Assembly (NCBI GenBank): GCA_003427395.1 | Contig: BFEA01000012.1 | Span: forward strand, 1,211,986 to 1,275,985 | Direction: 5' to 3' | Source of the DNA: Chara braunii | Lineage: Eukaryota > Plantae > Charophyceae | DNA: 64,000 nucleotides | Part shown: piece after piece, positions 24,782 to 36,792 of the stretch | Position numbering within the stretch: position 1 is the first letter of the stretch | Layout of the letters: each line of letters opens with the position of its first letter | Position numbers and translations under genes: made by a program | The notes under the pieces: generated by a model | Told to the model about the DNA's origin: nothing | The model's database searches: none | The model's input: the letters and a program-made list of their open reading frames with translations, nothing else

Positions 24782-25088
24782 TGATCCTCAGCTTGTGATC
24801 GATCACCTAGATACAAGCACGCTTCCGCCAAGAAGCGGAACTCTACCAAAGAAAAAGAAAACCCGAGTAGTCTAGGATGTGGAGCAAGCTCCATGCTGAG
24901 TCCATACAATGAAACCTAGGATATAAAATGTTACAAAAACAACAATGTCACAACTAACAGCCTAAGTGAAATCAGAAGCAACTAACGAGTATACATGTCA
25001 TAGGAAAGCAGAAAGTAATGACAACTAAATCCTAGAATGTTGGAGACAATAGCCTTAGTCTGAAAACAACTGACTAGTGTATAAGTCC

Positions 25089-25176
25089 CTAGGTTACCGG
25101 TCGTCCGATGGTCAAACGTCTCCCCCAACCGTCCGGTAGGGGGGTTGTCCGGGATCCCGGACAACCACTTTTTGAC

Positions 25177-25212
<36 letters not shown>

Positions 25213-25548
25213 AGTGTAGCGCAGGCCATAGAGACCCCCCATACAAAAATTCAGAATTTTATGAGCATTTGGTGATAGGGTGCTATTTGTGGTGGGAGGC
25301 CGGGGTACGAGGGGTTTTGGTGGGGATAGGCCAAATGAGCCAAAATTTTGGTGGCATACACCTTATGCAAGGTAGAAGTCACATGATTAGTTTTCAAAAA
25401 AATAAAAAAATAAAAAATAAAAAATATATATATATATATTTTTTGTGCTCGGTCGGACATCCCCTGTCCGGCGCGACGTCTGACCATACGTCCGGTCGGA
25501 CATCTCGGACGGTCAGGGGGGTCCCGGACGTCCGATAAAACAACCTAG
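25089..25548. mobile_element. hAT-like MITE inside the Gypsy element
   Basis: TIR CTAGGTT / AACCTAG; 8-bp TSD ATAAGTCC at 25081-25088 and 25549-25556; CGTCCG subterminal repeats. Confidence 0.85.
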
Positions 25549-26049
25549 ATAAGTCCTTAGAACAACAAAAGCAGAAACAACTAAATCCTAGAAATGTTAG
25601 AGGTATGCGTATACCAAGGGAGAGCCCAACTCAGAGGAACCCGACGAGGGGAGACCATCATGCGACACAACTAGGGTACTGTACATGGCAAGGTGGTAAG
25701 AAAGTGACAAGGTCTGAAGTAGGCAGAGCTGATTGTGACGAAGGCCGTGAAACTGTCGATGACGTCCATGATGAGAAGTCTGGAATGATGTCGAGGAAGA
25801 GTCGCAACGTCGACGAGCTGAAGTGACAAAATTGAAGTGGATGGAGTACTGAGAAGTCAAAGACGAGGGAAGATAAGTCAGAGTCAATCGTCGTATCGAG
25901 CAGGACGACGACGAGTGCGTTGTGGACGCTCAGAAGCATTCGACTGCTGCTGAAGGTCTTCCTCAGATGGAGCAGACTCGACTTTAGCTGTCTTCTCAAC
26001 CGAGGGAGAAGGAGGGGGGTCAGTGGGCTGAGGAGGAGCAGTCAACCCA

Positions 26050-29000
26050 ACACGACGAGCACGGTCGTAGGCATGCACCAACATGCGAGCATGCTGCAAG
26101 TGCTTGAGGGGCTCCCAAATAGCCTCCTCATCAGGGTAACCCTTCCAACGTACGAGATACTCGACATGGGGAGGGTTGTCGTTGGTGACTCGACGACCAT
26201 GATGTCTGAAACGAGGAACGTCTCGTGGTCGTCCACCATGATGGGTGGAGGGCGCTCATATAGTCGTCCGGCGAAACGCTCAGATGGTCTACGGTAGGGA
26301 CGCGGTAACGAGACGTGGTAGACATCGTGCACACGAACCTAGAGTAGGTAGTCGGGCAGCTTCACACGGAAGCTGACCGGGCTAGAAGTCGTATCAGAAC
26401 CGACGGTCTGGAGAATGCGGCATGGGTCAAAGAAGCGACGCCAAAACTTGCGAAGCGTGTCCGCGTCAAGCTGTAAGTGGCGGGCGTCGATAAACACATC
26501 ATCACCGTGGCTGGCGAGACGACGTGGTTCTAGGCTATCTCCGCGTGGGCAAGATGAAGATCCCACTGCTGGTCGTCACGAACAATCTTTCGGAGAATAT
26601 GTCCGAGAGTTTTGTTCCTGACCTCGGTTTGACCATCAGTCTGGGATGGTAAGACGAGGAGAAGCGGAGCTGGGTGTCGTACACCTCGTGGAGCCGTCGC
26701 CAGAATCGGCTGGTAAAGCGCGGGTCACGATCAGATATGATGCTCAGAGGTAAGCCGTGGTCATGCACGACTCGGTCAAACACGATGTCGGCGACCTTAC
26801 ATGCACTGATGGCATAGCGACATGAGACAAAGTGTGCGTGCTTCGTGAGGCGGTCGACGACAACCAAGATAGCATCATGATCGCGGGGGGTCAGAGGACG
26901 AAGAAGACTGATGAAGTCCATTGAGATGGACTGCCAACGACCCTCAGGGATAGGAAGAGGTTGGAGCAAATCATAAGCCGGGTGGTTCGCATTGTTCACC
27001 TCCTGACAGGTGGGACAATCGACGACGTAGTCCTTCACAAAGTCCTTGCGCTTCGACCAGACGTACAAGCGGCTCACACGAGTCAACATCTTGTGGAAGC
27101 CCATATGACCGGCGGCTGCCTAGGCATGGAACTGAGGAACTCCGCTACTGCCTGGATACATAGCTGTCCAATGGAGGGAACACAAATACGGGGCTCTCTG
27201 GTGCCACGTGAGCCGTGCTAGTACACAAGACCGTTGTCCCCGAGATAGTAGTTCGGGACGGTCTTGCCACTCTGAAGGGTCGCATGGATGTCGCGATAGT
27301 CGGGACAGTGGCGGTACTGGGTGCGAAACTCGTCGATCACCGAGTGGTGGACGATGGTGATCGAGATGACATCAAGCTGGATCTGCTCCAAATCATGTTC
27401 ATGGCGCCGGGATAAGGCATCTGCGACCCGATTAGTCTCACCCTTGACGTGCTCAGTGGTGAAACTAAACTCGGATAGGTCGCGCCACCAGCGAGCCTGT
27501 CGAGGAGTGAGCTTCGACTTTGTTAGAAAAGCCTGGACAACAGAGTTGTCCGTGCGCACTGTCAATGATGCCCTGTGTAGATAGTGACGCTAGTGCCGAG
27601 CGACATAAACTACTGCGAGAACCTCACGTTCATCGACAGTGTAGTTTATCTCAGTGGGTAGGAGCTGACGGGAGTAGAAGGCTATCGGACAATCACCTGA
27701 GCGAGACTCGACATTGTCGTCCTCGGCGATGGTAGGAGAATAGTCAATAGAGGGCTCGTTAGTAGCTAGACGAGTAGGCGTCAGGCGGGAAGCAGTGGTA
27801 GGGGTAGGGGGTGGGAAGCGAGGGATGCGAGGATGAGAGGAATCGGGAGAGGAGGGGAAAATCTGAGAAAGCAGTGCTCCTACAACAAAGTCTGACGCAT
27901 TGGTGGTAAGGATAAAAGAGCGATCAAAATCGGGTAGGTGAAGAACCGGTGCACATGTCACCACCTTCTTGAGGGTGCAAAAGGCGTCCTCGTGGAGGGC
28001 TATCCAAGACCATGGCGGGTTCTACCGGAGGAGGGTGGAGGTAAGGACGTAGGAATACCTAGTGTATCCCTGAATGAAATTACTTTAGTAGCTAGTGAGG
28101 CCTAGGAAGTTGCCAAGCTACTTGGTGGATGTGGGGACAGACCACTCCGCAATAGTAGTGATCTTCGCGTCATTCATGTAGAGACCCTAGTCAGACATGG
28201 AGTGTCCTAAGAAATCCACTTTGTGTTGGGCAAAGCGACACTTGCTCAGCTTGGCGTAGAAGCCATGTCTGCGCAAGCGGTCAAGGACGTCGAGTAGGTG
28301 TCTGAGATGCTCCTCAAGAGTACGATTGTAGATCAAGAAGAACGTACTGCTTCAGGATGTCCCTGAAGACGTCGTTCATCGCCCTCAAGGAGGTAGCGAG
28401 TGCATTGGTGAGGCCGAATGGCATCACCGTAAACTCATAGTGGTCGAAGCAAGACTGGAACGTTAACTTTGGCTGGTCCACTGCAGCGACGCGGATCTGA
28501 TGGTAACCGCTACGAAGATCAATCGTTGTAAAGAAGCGGTTGCCTGCTAGGCGGTCGAACAGCTCGTCGGAAGAAGGCATGGGTTAGTTGTTCTTGACCG
28601 TGTAGCGGTTGAGGCCGCAATAATCGATGCAGAGACGAGGAGTTCCATCCGCTTTGTGAGCAAAGAGGACGGTTGCACCCCATGGGGAGTTGTTGGGCTT
28701 AATGAAACTCAGTCTCAGGAGCTGCTCAAGCTAACGCTTGAGTTCAGTGGCCTCGGGGATCGAGAGTTTGTAGGGTGCCTGCTGGAGAATACGATAGTCA
28801 GGCACAAACTGGATGGAGTGCTCGACGTCGCGCATCGGTGGGATGCCGTCGTATGAGAACGACGATGGGAAAACCTCTGGTACTCTCGAATGAGGTCATG
28901 AATTGCGGGCTCCAGGTCGGCCGTATAGCGTGCGAGTTCCTCAGCGCCAGCGTCAGCGTGCGACGGCGGGGTGGACTCGACGGACGGCGGAGGGAGGGAA

Positions 29001-29700
29001 GTAGAGATGGAAGTCATGGAGATAGAAGGAGGATCTGGCTCCAAAAAGATGAGCTTGGCATCTGGACAAGGTGGATCATAGTGCAAGAGATCCGTAACGT
29101 TCAGCGTAAAGAAGGTGACGTCGTCCTGTCGGATGGAGTGAGCGAACTGCAGAGGCGAGGTGACAGTGATAGTAGGAGATGGTGTGGGCACATAAGGCTC
29201 TGAGGGAGGAGGATCGGGGCGTGATGTTGCAGTGGTACCTATAAAAGGTACGTGGTACGTCTGTCCATACTTCGTTTTGAGAACGAAAGTGTTGGTCGCG
29301 CAATCGACCTCGGTGCTGCGGAACCGACGAGACCACGGAGTACCGAGAATGAAATCGTACCCTGTTTCCATCACATCGAAATGTGCAGAGGAGCGGTGAC
29401 GACGAGACGCCGGGGGACGATCAGTCGGCTCGAGAGTGAGGAACTTGAAGAAAGGGAGGTCGGTGATCGTCTGATCAAAGAACCGCTGGGTCCTGTCATC
29501 CCCTAGGGTGACAGAGATGGGAGTCGAAGACCTTGTCGTGGGTAAGCGGGCTTCTTTTACCACACGTGGGTGAATGAAGTCGCCTTGAGAACCGGAATCC
29601 CACAACGCTGAGTATACCCTCGTGGAGGTCTCGACTCGTACTGGAATGATTGGGAGGGTGCGATCAGGGTCAGAGGGGATGGTGAGAAGGCAACTCAGTG
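26050..29700 (-). pseudogene. pol: Gypsy pol: protease, RT, RNase H, integrase, chromodomain (frameshifts and stops)
   Basis: ALWDSGSQGDFI; LCIDY..LN, IDLRSGYHQIRV, VMPFGLTNA; TNASDFVVGALLSQ, VRTDN, VADALSR; [24 protein letters not shown]; EYLVRWKGYPDEEAIWEP. Confidence 0.95.
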
Positions 29701-29999
29701 CAGCGACATGGAGGGTGAGTCGCTCTTGACGAGCTTGGAGCATGCTCAAGTCCAAAAGGGAGGACACAACGTCCTCACGAGTCGCAAGCTGCTCACTGCA
29801 ACGGGCTGAGCGAGTGGCTTGACACGTCGGTAGTCGCGGAGAGGTAGGAGGGGAGACGGTGGTCTGCAGAGACGCAAATGGTACTGTGACAGAGGGCTGA
29901 GTACAGTCTGTCGGGTCCTGCGATATCTCAACTCAAGTAGCGAGAGGGGCAAACGGCGACGGAGATGTCGGGAAACCGACTACTGAGGAGGGCGCAGGT

Positions 30000-31994
30000 G
30001 TACACTGCACCGTGGCTAGGAGACACCGTGGGGATGCGAGGCACCGGGTGGGGACTGAGCACGATGGTGACGAGGAAGCTCAGCGTAGTGGCGGTCGAGG
30101 GCGGCGGTGTAAGGCCACCGCGAGGACGTATGACCGTCTTGGCGGCAACGCAAACACCCACGCCAGCCCAAAATGGACGCACGCTCCTCAGCAGAAAGGA
30201 CACCGCGAGGAGGGACGAAGCCCTGAGGGAAGTCCTGTTGAGGGACCTCAGGGGGCAACGCGCCAGCGTGCCCAGGAAAGGGTGGAAAGGGCGAGTTGGA
30301 GGCGCTCGACTATAGGGAGGGTAGAGTCCTCTAGGTGATAGTGGACAGCCTCGCAAAGGTCGAGGTCGTCACTATGGTTACCCTCAGGCAACAGTGGGGC
30401 AACATCGTCATGCTCATCATACTCGAGTGTGATGAAGCAGCGCGAGAAGTGGCGGCCTTGCTACGTGGAACGGCGGGGGCGACCGTGAAAAGGGGAATGA
30501 CGCTTAGAAGTGCCATGAGAGACGGAGGGAGTGTAACCAGTATGCTGGGGCTGGGAGGAGGAAGCGGGGTGAAGACGGACCCGCATCCGCTCATGAGCCC
30601 TGACGGCCTCGTAGGCCTGCAGGGCCGATGTAAAGTCATACGACCATAACTCAAAGCGGTACTCAAGAGGAAGGTTGACCAAGAAGTGATCAATAAGGGC
30701 AGCCAGCCACATCTCAAATGAGGCGGGCGTCCCGAAAGACCTGGATGTGGCGGTCCAAGTCGGCAGCGCCACCAGAGCCGGACCAACGTGTAGTGACGAC
30801 ATGATCGAAGGCGTCAGTCACGTTATGTCGGGCTCCAAAGCGATCCTCGAGGAACGCCTGAAAATCCATGAAGGTCAAGGTCCGACCCTCATGAAGGGAG
30901 TGAGTGTAGAAATCCTCCCAGACGTCGAAAGGACCGCCGCGCAGGCGCGTGGAGAGGTGAGTCACCCATGTGCCGTGTGGCACGCCCATGAGCTAGAGCG
31001 TGCGGGTGGCAGACTGCAGCCACCGAGACACTCGTATCCCTGTACCGTCATACAAGACAATATCCGTCAAGCAGACGAGTGGTGCGCCACCATTTTAGCG
31101 GCGAGGAGATCGAGGAGCAGAGGCTTGCGCTACGACCGAGTAAGTCGACGCAGGTCCAGGAGAAGGGGCTGCAACTAACTGTACGCCCGGGCCGCATGGT
31201 GGAGCGGCGGGGGCAATAGCTACAGGCTGCGAGGGAGCTGCGGTAGAAGAGGTTGCAACAACCGAGGGAGTAAGAAGGAGGTAGGATGGGGGTGGAGGGG
31301 GTGCAGGGCGGGGGAAGCGAGTCTGCATGGATGGAAGAGTTGAGGAAGAAGGGGGTGCGCCCGAAAGCGCGACCACCTGTGAGGGTAGGGGTGGCTGAAG
31401 TCGTAAGCGGGCGAGGTCGGCCCGGGTCAGGGCAAGCTCGTCCTCGAGACGTCGAACGTAGATTCAGCGAGGAGTGGCAGGAGGAAGAGTGGGGGAAGTG
31501 GACGCACGAGTGGCGCGAGGCATCTCACAAGGGGGAGAGCCAGGTGACACTGAGGTCGTGCGAAGGGGAAAGAAAAGCGGGGCACCTGGAAAAGCTGAGA
31601 CCGCGGCAGAGGGCTGTGGTCCCATGGCCGTAGCGACCGAAATCTTGGCGGGTGCGCCCGTAAAGTGAGGGAAGGCCTGACCCGTGGTGGCCGTCGCGCT
31701 AGGAGCGTGGATGGTCATCAGGATGGTTGGGTCGGGGGCAGCGGAGGAGAAAGCTCCGTCGTGGCCACCATGTCCGAGGGCGAGGGAACCGGGCTGGGAG
31801 CTAGGGGAAGAGAGAGCGTGGGGAGAGGAGGGACGACTAACGTCCTAGAGTTGCCGCAGGCCAGCGGCAGGAGTCGCTACCTGCGCCTGTGAGGGGGCAA
31901 GCAGGGAGGTGAGGAGGGTGTACAAATCCCCTAGGGGATGATATCTCTAGTCCACCGGCACGGGTATGGAGCCCGGTACCAGGGTCGTCGCCAT
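30000..31994 (-). pseudogene. gag: Gypsy gag (capsid-like region and degenerate zinc knuckle)
   Basis: Candidate ATG at 31994 (CCAACATGG); WVTHLSTRLRGG..W..FMDFQAFLEDRF; CLRCRQDGHTSSRW. Confidence 0.75.
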
Positions 31995-32342
31995 GTTGGC
32001 GGTTTGTGACACGCCGTCGGCTATGGGGAGGGGACGGGCCGGACTAAAGGGGGACAAAGGAGGTCCGTGTGAGCGGAGGGCGTAGGGGGGGGTCCGCAGT
32101 AGAAAGCGACGGGCGACCCTAATGAGTTAAGCGCGGGCGCCCGCAAAGGGGGAAGGGTGGCTCGGGTCCAGGGTGCCCGAATGAGAAGGGGAAGTAGGGG
32201 GGGTTGGGAAAACCCAAAACCCTAGAAAAACCCTAAGAAAACCCTAACCGGAGTTTGAGTGGTTAGGGTAGGGTACCGGTGACCTAATCAAGAAAATAAA
32301 ATAGCAAAGAAAAATAAATAAACGGTTAAATTTCAAGAGAAA

Positions 32343-32382
<40 letters not shown>

Positions 32383-34104
32383 AAAAATAGTTAAAAAAAT
32401 AAGGAAACAAAATATGAAGAGAGAAATAATATTATTTTTTTTGGAATTTTCGGTAGCATTTCCCTACCCCTCATGAGGTCAAAAATGTGCCAAGGGAAAG
32501 GAGAGACCAAGATAAGCACACTAAGTTTCAAAATGCCGCAAATTAAAATTTTAGGAAAAATAAAAATAAAAATAAATAAATAAATAAATAAGTAGATGAG
32601 GAGGTGAAGAAAAATTAAGTGTTAGATTTTTTTAAAATTTCGGCAGCATTTCATTACCCCCATGAGGTCGAAGTGTGCCGGCAAGAAGAAAGGCTAAGTA
32701 AAATGAGAAAATTTTGGCAACACTTCGTTACCCTCACGGGGTCAAAATGTGTGCCGAAAGCAAGAATAACCAATTCCTAATCAGATTTGAGGGTGCCGCA
32801 AAGAAATTCGAATTTTTAGAAGAAATAAAAAGAAAATGAAATAAATCAGAAAATGAGAAAAGAAGGTGGGGAATAAGATAATTTGAATTTTTGAAAACAA
32901 GAGGAAATATAAATCAAAAGAAAGATAAAAAGAAGAAAAACAAAACAATTTCAAAGTTGGGGGGAAGGGGGGGTGAAAAAGTGAAGGAGAAAAGAGAGAA
33001 ATAGGTGAGAGAGAGAAAAAGAGTGAAGGGGGAGATGGGGTTGAGAGAATGGGAGAGAAAGGGATGAGAAAGGTGGAGAGGGATCAAGAAGCAAAGAGAA
33101 AAGAGGAGAAAGAAAAAAACAAAAATGAATAAAATAGAGTAAAATAGTGGGTGGTGGGAGAAAAGGTGGGGTGGGGAGAGGGGTATGAGTAGTGAGAGTG
33201 ATTAGAAGGAAGTGAGTGGGGTAGAAGATGAAGAAGTAGAAGGGCTGAGTAAGAGGAGAGAGAAAATGTAGAGAAAGTGGATTAGTAAGGGGAGGGAAGA
33301 GAGAGGTGATACCTGGCCCTTGGTGTCTCCAAGGGCACAAGGTATACCAAGACTAGGAGGGTCTTGGCCGTCACTCCAGCAAGGCAACTGGAGGAGGGAG
33401 AGGGTTGAGATCTTGATCAGGCCCCCTAACAGCAGCACTGCAGATCCAGGGTGTGTTGTGTGAGCAGACTCTCACCACTGTAGAGCAGCCCCTGATCAGG
33501 GGGTCTTCACAGTCCACAACAGGCTTCCATATGACACTGCAGATGGCCACGGCCACAGGCAGCAACAACCATGGTGTATCCCCACCGCCAAGGGGGATGG
33601 GAAGCAAATAGTTGCCTGCCTACTGTTGTTGTGTTGGCCGGTGCTCGACGGGGGGGGGGAAGGTAAATAGCTGGCACAACACATCTTCAACACCACCGTG
33701 CCACCTTATGAGGTCATGCACACATTGTGGCCAGTGTGTTATAGAGGTGGCTATGCACGCGGATGGCTAGTAGCTGCCCAGGTTCAAACCCTGGCAGCTG
33801 CAGCATCCCGGATCTTGATAATAAATAATCCAAGAGTCGGGCGGGGTGGGGCAGTGGGGCAGCATGGACACGTGACACGTGCATGTGCGGCGGCCTTGGC
33901 CTTGGTGCGCGTCATGATGCTGCTTATATTTTCTCGCCACGTGACACTCCTTGCTGCTGCACCTTTTCCCGACCTTTTTTCCCCACTGTTTTCGTCGAAA
34001 ACCGCCCGAAAAACACCCAAAAAACCGATATCGGGTTTTACACCGTTTTTCCACGGTGTGCGGTGGGATGGGTGGGAGCGGGAACGTCCCCGATCCGATA
34101 CCTG

Positions 34105-34412
34105 TGTGGCAGACCCACCAGGTGCGGTGCTCCACCTAAGATAGAGATGGAGATGGAGGATGGGAGTGGAGCAAGATGACACAGCGCAACTCCCACGTGA
34201 GACTCAACGCATGTACTCCAAACTGTGGGAATGCAGAATGATCCGAAATATAGACCCTGGTTGGGGTATACCCCAGTGGACTTACTGGACTGGACTGGAC
34301 TGGCTGGTACCGACAGAGATACCGGACTGGACTGGACTACCCTGAATACAACACAGGCCTGTGAGAACAGGCCAAGGGGCTGGTCTCACAGGGCAACCAG
34401 AGGCTCGCTACA
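34105..34412 (-). repeat. 5' LTR
   Basis: TGTGGCAG..CGCTACA, followed by TSD CTCAC. Confidence 0.95.
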
Positions 34413-35460
34413 CTCACTCCCTTGTGGCTTTGGCAAAACTGTCAATAACTCAGCTGCAGCAGGAAGTATCGTCGATACTGTTGATAGTGAACTCGATGCG
34501 TGATTGCAAAATCCCCCCATTTCGTTAGATGGCGCCGTGATGCATGCAAGGTTTATCGTTTGAATAGAGATAGCTCCCGACTTGTTTGATATCCCCGTGA
34601 TGCCCTAAGGAGCGTCCGCCACCGTTGTGAATATCACTGAACTTGATGCGTGATTGTTGAGCACCTCGGTACCATCAGATATCATCGTGTTGCGCCGGAG
34701 TAACCATTTGAATAGAGAAAGCTCTCAGTTCGTTTGATATCTCTAAACTGCACACAATTGAAAATGATGTAGCCCCCAAATTACAATGTGGCACCGTGAT
34801 ACACGCAAGAGCAGTCGATATATTTTTTGTTGTTGAATTTGATTTAGTTGCCTGTTTCGATTATGTTGTTGATGTTGATGAAATAGTCTCTGTTGTTGAT
34901 GATTTTGATGATGTTAATAACATCGTCACCTACAATGGATTTACAGATATTGAGCTGATTGATGACACTGTCTTTATCGATGTTGTTGTTGATGAAGCAG
35001 TCGGTGATGACAGCTCCGTTGTTGTCCCAAACATTGGCAGAGATTGCTCTGCTGATGGCAGTGAGATGGTTGCCACCCGCTCCTTCATCGCTTCGCCGTA
35101 ATCCATGCCTTCACTGAAGAGCAGATTGCAACTGGTTATTAAGGCTTCCGCCTACCGCCAATCAACGAAACTCTCCAGCGCCGGGTCCTCAACAATTTCT
35201 CAAACAAGATTTTCCAGTTGCCGACAATTGTCCTCCACCCATACAGCCGGTGCTACCCCCCCCCAAGCAACCGCCGGCCAAGCCTGAGTAGCGGGAGACA
35301 AAACAACAACCAAAATATGAATGCTATGTCGTGTCTCCTTTAATTCAATGATCCACACATCCGCCTGGCGTTGAAGATCTTCCCCATCATTGACAAACCA
35401 CCATGTGTTGCTGTCTACTGCTGTTGCTATCTGTACACTCTCCGGGTTCCTTTGTGCAAG
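34413..35460 (-). pseudogene. Diverged homologue of the 583-1140 ORF with S/T-rich tail; continues in frame at 24467-24288 once the Gypsy insertion is removed
   Basis: Manual translation: EDLQRQADVWIIELKETR..QAWPAVAWGGVAPAVWVEDNCRQLENLV*EIVEDPALESFVDWR*AEALITSCNLLFSEGMDYGEAMKERV. Confidence 0.7.
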
Positions 35461-36159
35461 GACGCCTTACATGTATCGGCCACGGAGTGAGCCCACCCCG
35501 CTCGTATCGCCACGTAACTTCTCCAGGTCAACCTTGAAGCAAAGGGGTTGACTCGCTGTGCTCTCGGCGATGGTGCCAATTCACTTTGTCCTCCTCGATA
35601 ACACCGAGGACTCAGTTCACACGACCACCGGGCCCGCCGACCAGTGTGTGTCCTACGTGCTTGCGCTCGGCCTCCGCGTATCGGGTTCTTGTAAGTGCGT
35701 TTTTTCTTCTTTGTTTTCCGAAAGTCAGTACATTTTTCTTTTTTTTTATTTTCTTAGTAAGCCCTGCCAATGAGGCAGGGCAGTCCGTTCTAGATTTCGT
35801 TACTTGGGCGTAGTAAACTGCAGAATGCTTCTATACTCTATTTCTGGGAAGATGTAGTAGAAGAGAAAAAAAAACAAAAGCGGAAACGACCCAGACCCAA
35901 ATCGCCCGCCCAGACCCATATCGCCCGCCCCCAGTTTGCAACGAGAAAAAACTATATCCCTCAAAAGGGAAACAATGAACGGCGCCTTATACTAAATTGC
36001 AACGACCTTGACAAGATAACCTGCCCTACTACCGGTCTTAGGGACGATTGCGACCGGACCCTAATTTCTGCTGTCGGAGACCCCAAACGAACCCGTCCTA
36101 GTGAAGTTGTACCGCACGACCTTACCGAAAATAGAAAGAAATGAAACAACGAAAATCAA

Positions 36160-36761
36160 ACCCACACAAGCGCAGCCTCTGGCTGCGAACAAAGGTCGTG
36201 GCTGCTCCTGCCAACGGCCAATGCCCTGCCAATATGGCCTGCCATGACCTAGGGCAGGGGATGTCTATTTCCATTTTTGCCATATGCGGTCTCACTATCT
36301 CCATGTGAATTGGGCGATCTGGCATTCCATGAAAATGTGTTCAATGGTCTCCACCTTCTTATGGGAAGGGAATAAACTCTGGCACCGCTGGCACCATGGA
36401 AGTAGCAGGCCTCGTTGTTCTAGGTTCGTGCGGTCTGTCAACCAGTCGTTGGTTGGCAAACAACGATGAGCTATCTGCCACTCTAGGGAGGTGATTTTCA
36501 TAGGCTTGGATTTTTGTTCCCTGAACCAGTGGATTGGTGACAGGAGAGTGCGGTCCATATTAAGGTGCCTAGCGCAGCGACCATTAACGGTGTCCCTTAG
36601 ATGTCGTTTGGGTCTGAGCATCTTATACGCCGATTTGACCGACAGTTGATATAGGCTGATGTCACCAGCATAGGGGGCTCCTCTCTTTTGGGGGAGCTTC
36701 CATGTCCATTCTACTGGGACCAGAGCCAGATCCTGGATCGACGTGGATGATTGTAACACCA

Positions 36762-36792
<31 letters not shown>

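Larger units (their letters stand above)
24473..34412 (-). mobile_element. Full-length Ty3/Gypsy chromovirus LTR retrotransposon (decayed)
   Basis: Two ~308-bp TG..CA LTRs; 5-bp TSD CTCAC at 24468-24472 and 34413-34417; domain order gag-PR-RT-RH-IN-chromodomain. Confidence 0.96.

Noticed and set aside
32209-32248. Telomeric repeat
   Set aside because: Only a few degenerate AAACCCTA motifs inside the Gypsy leader; not an array.
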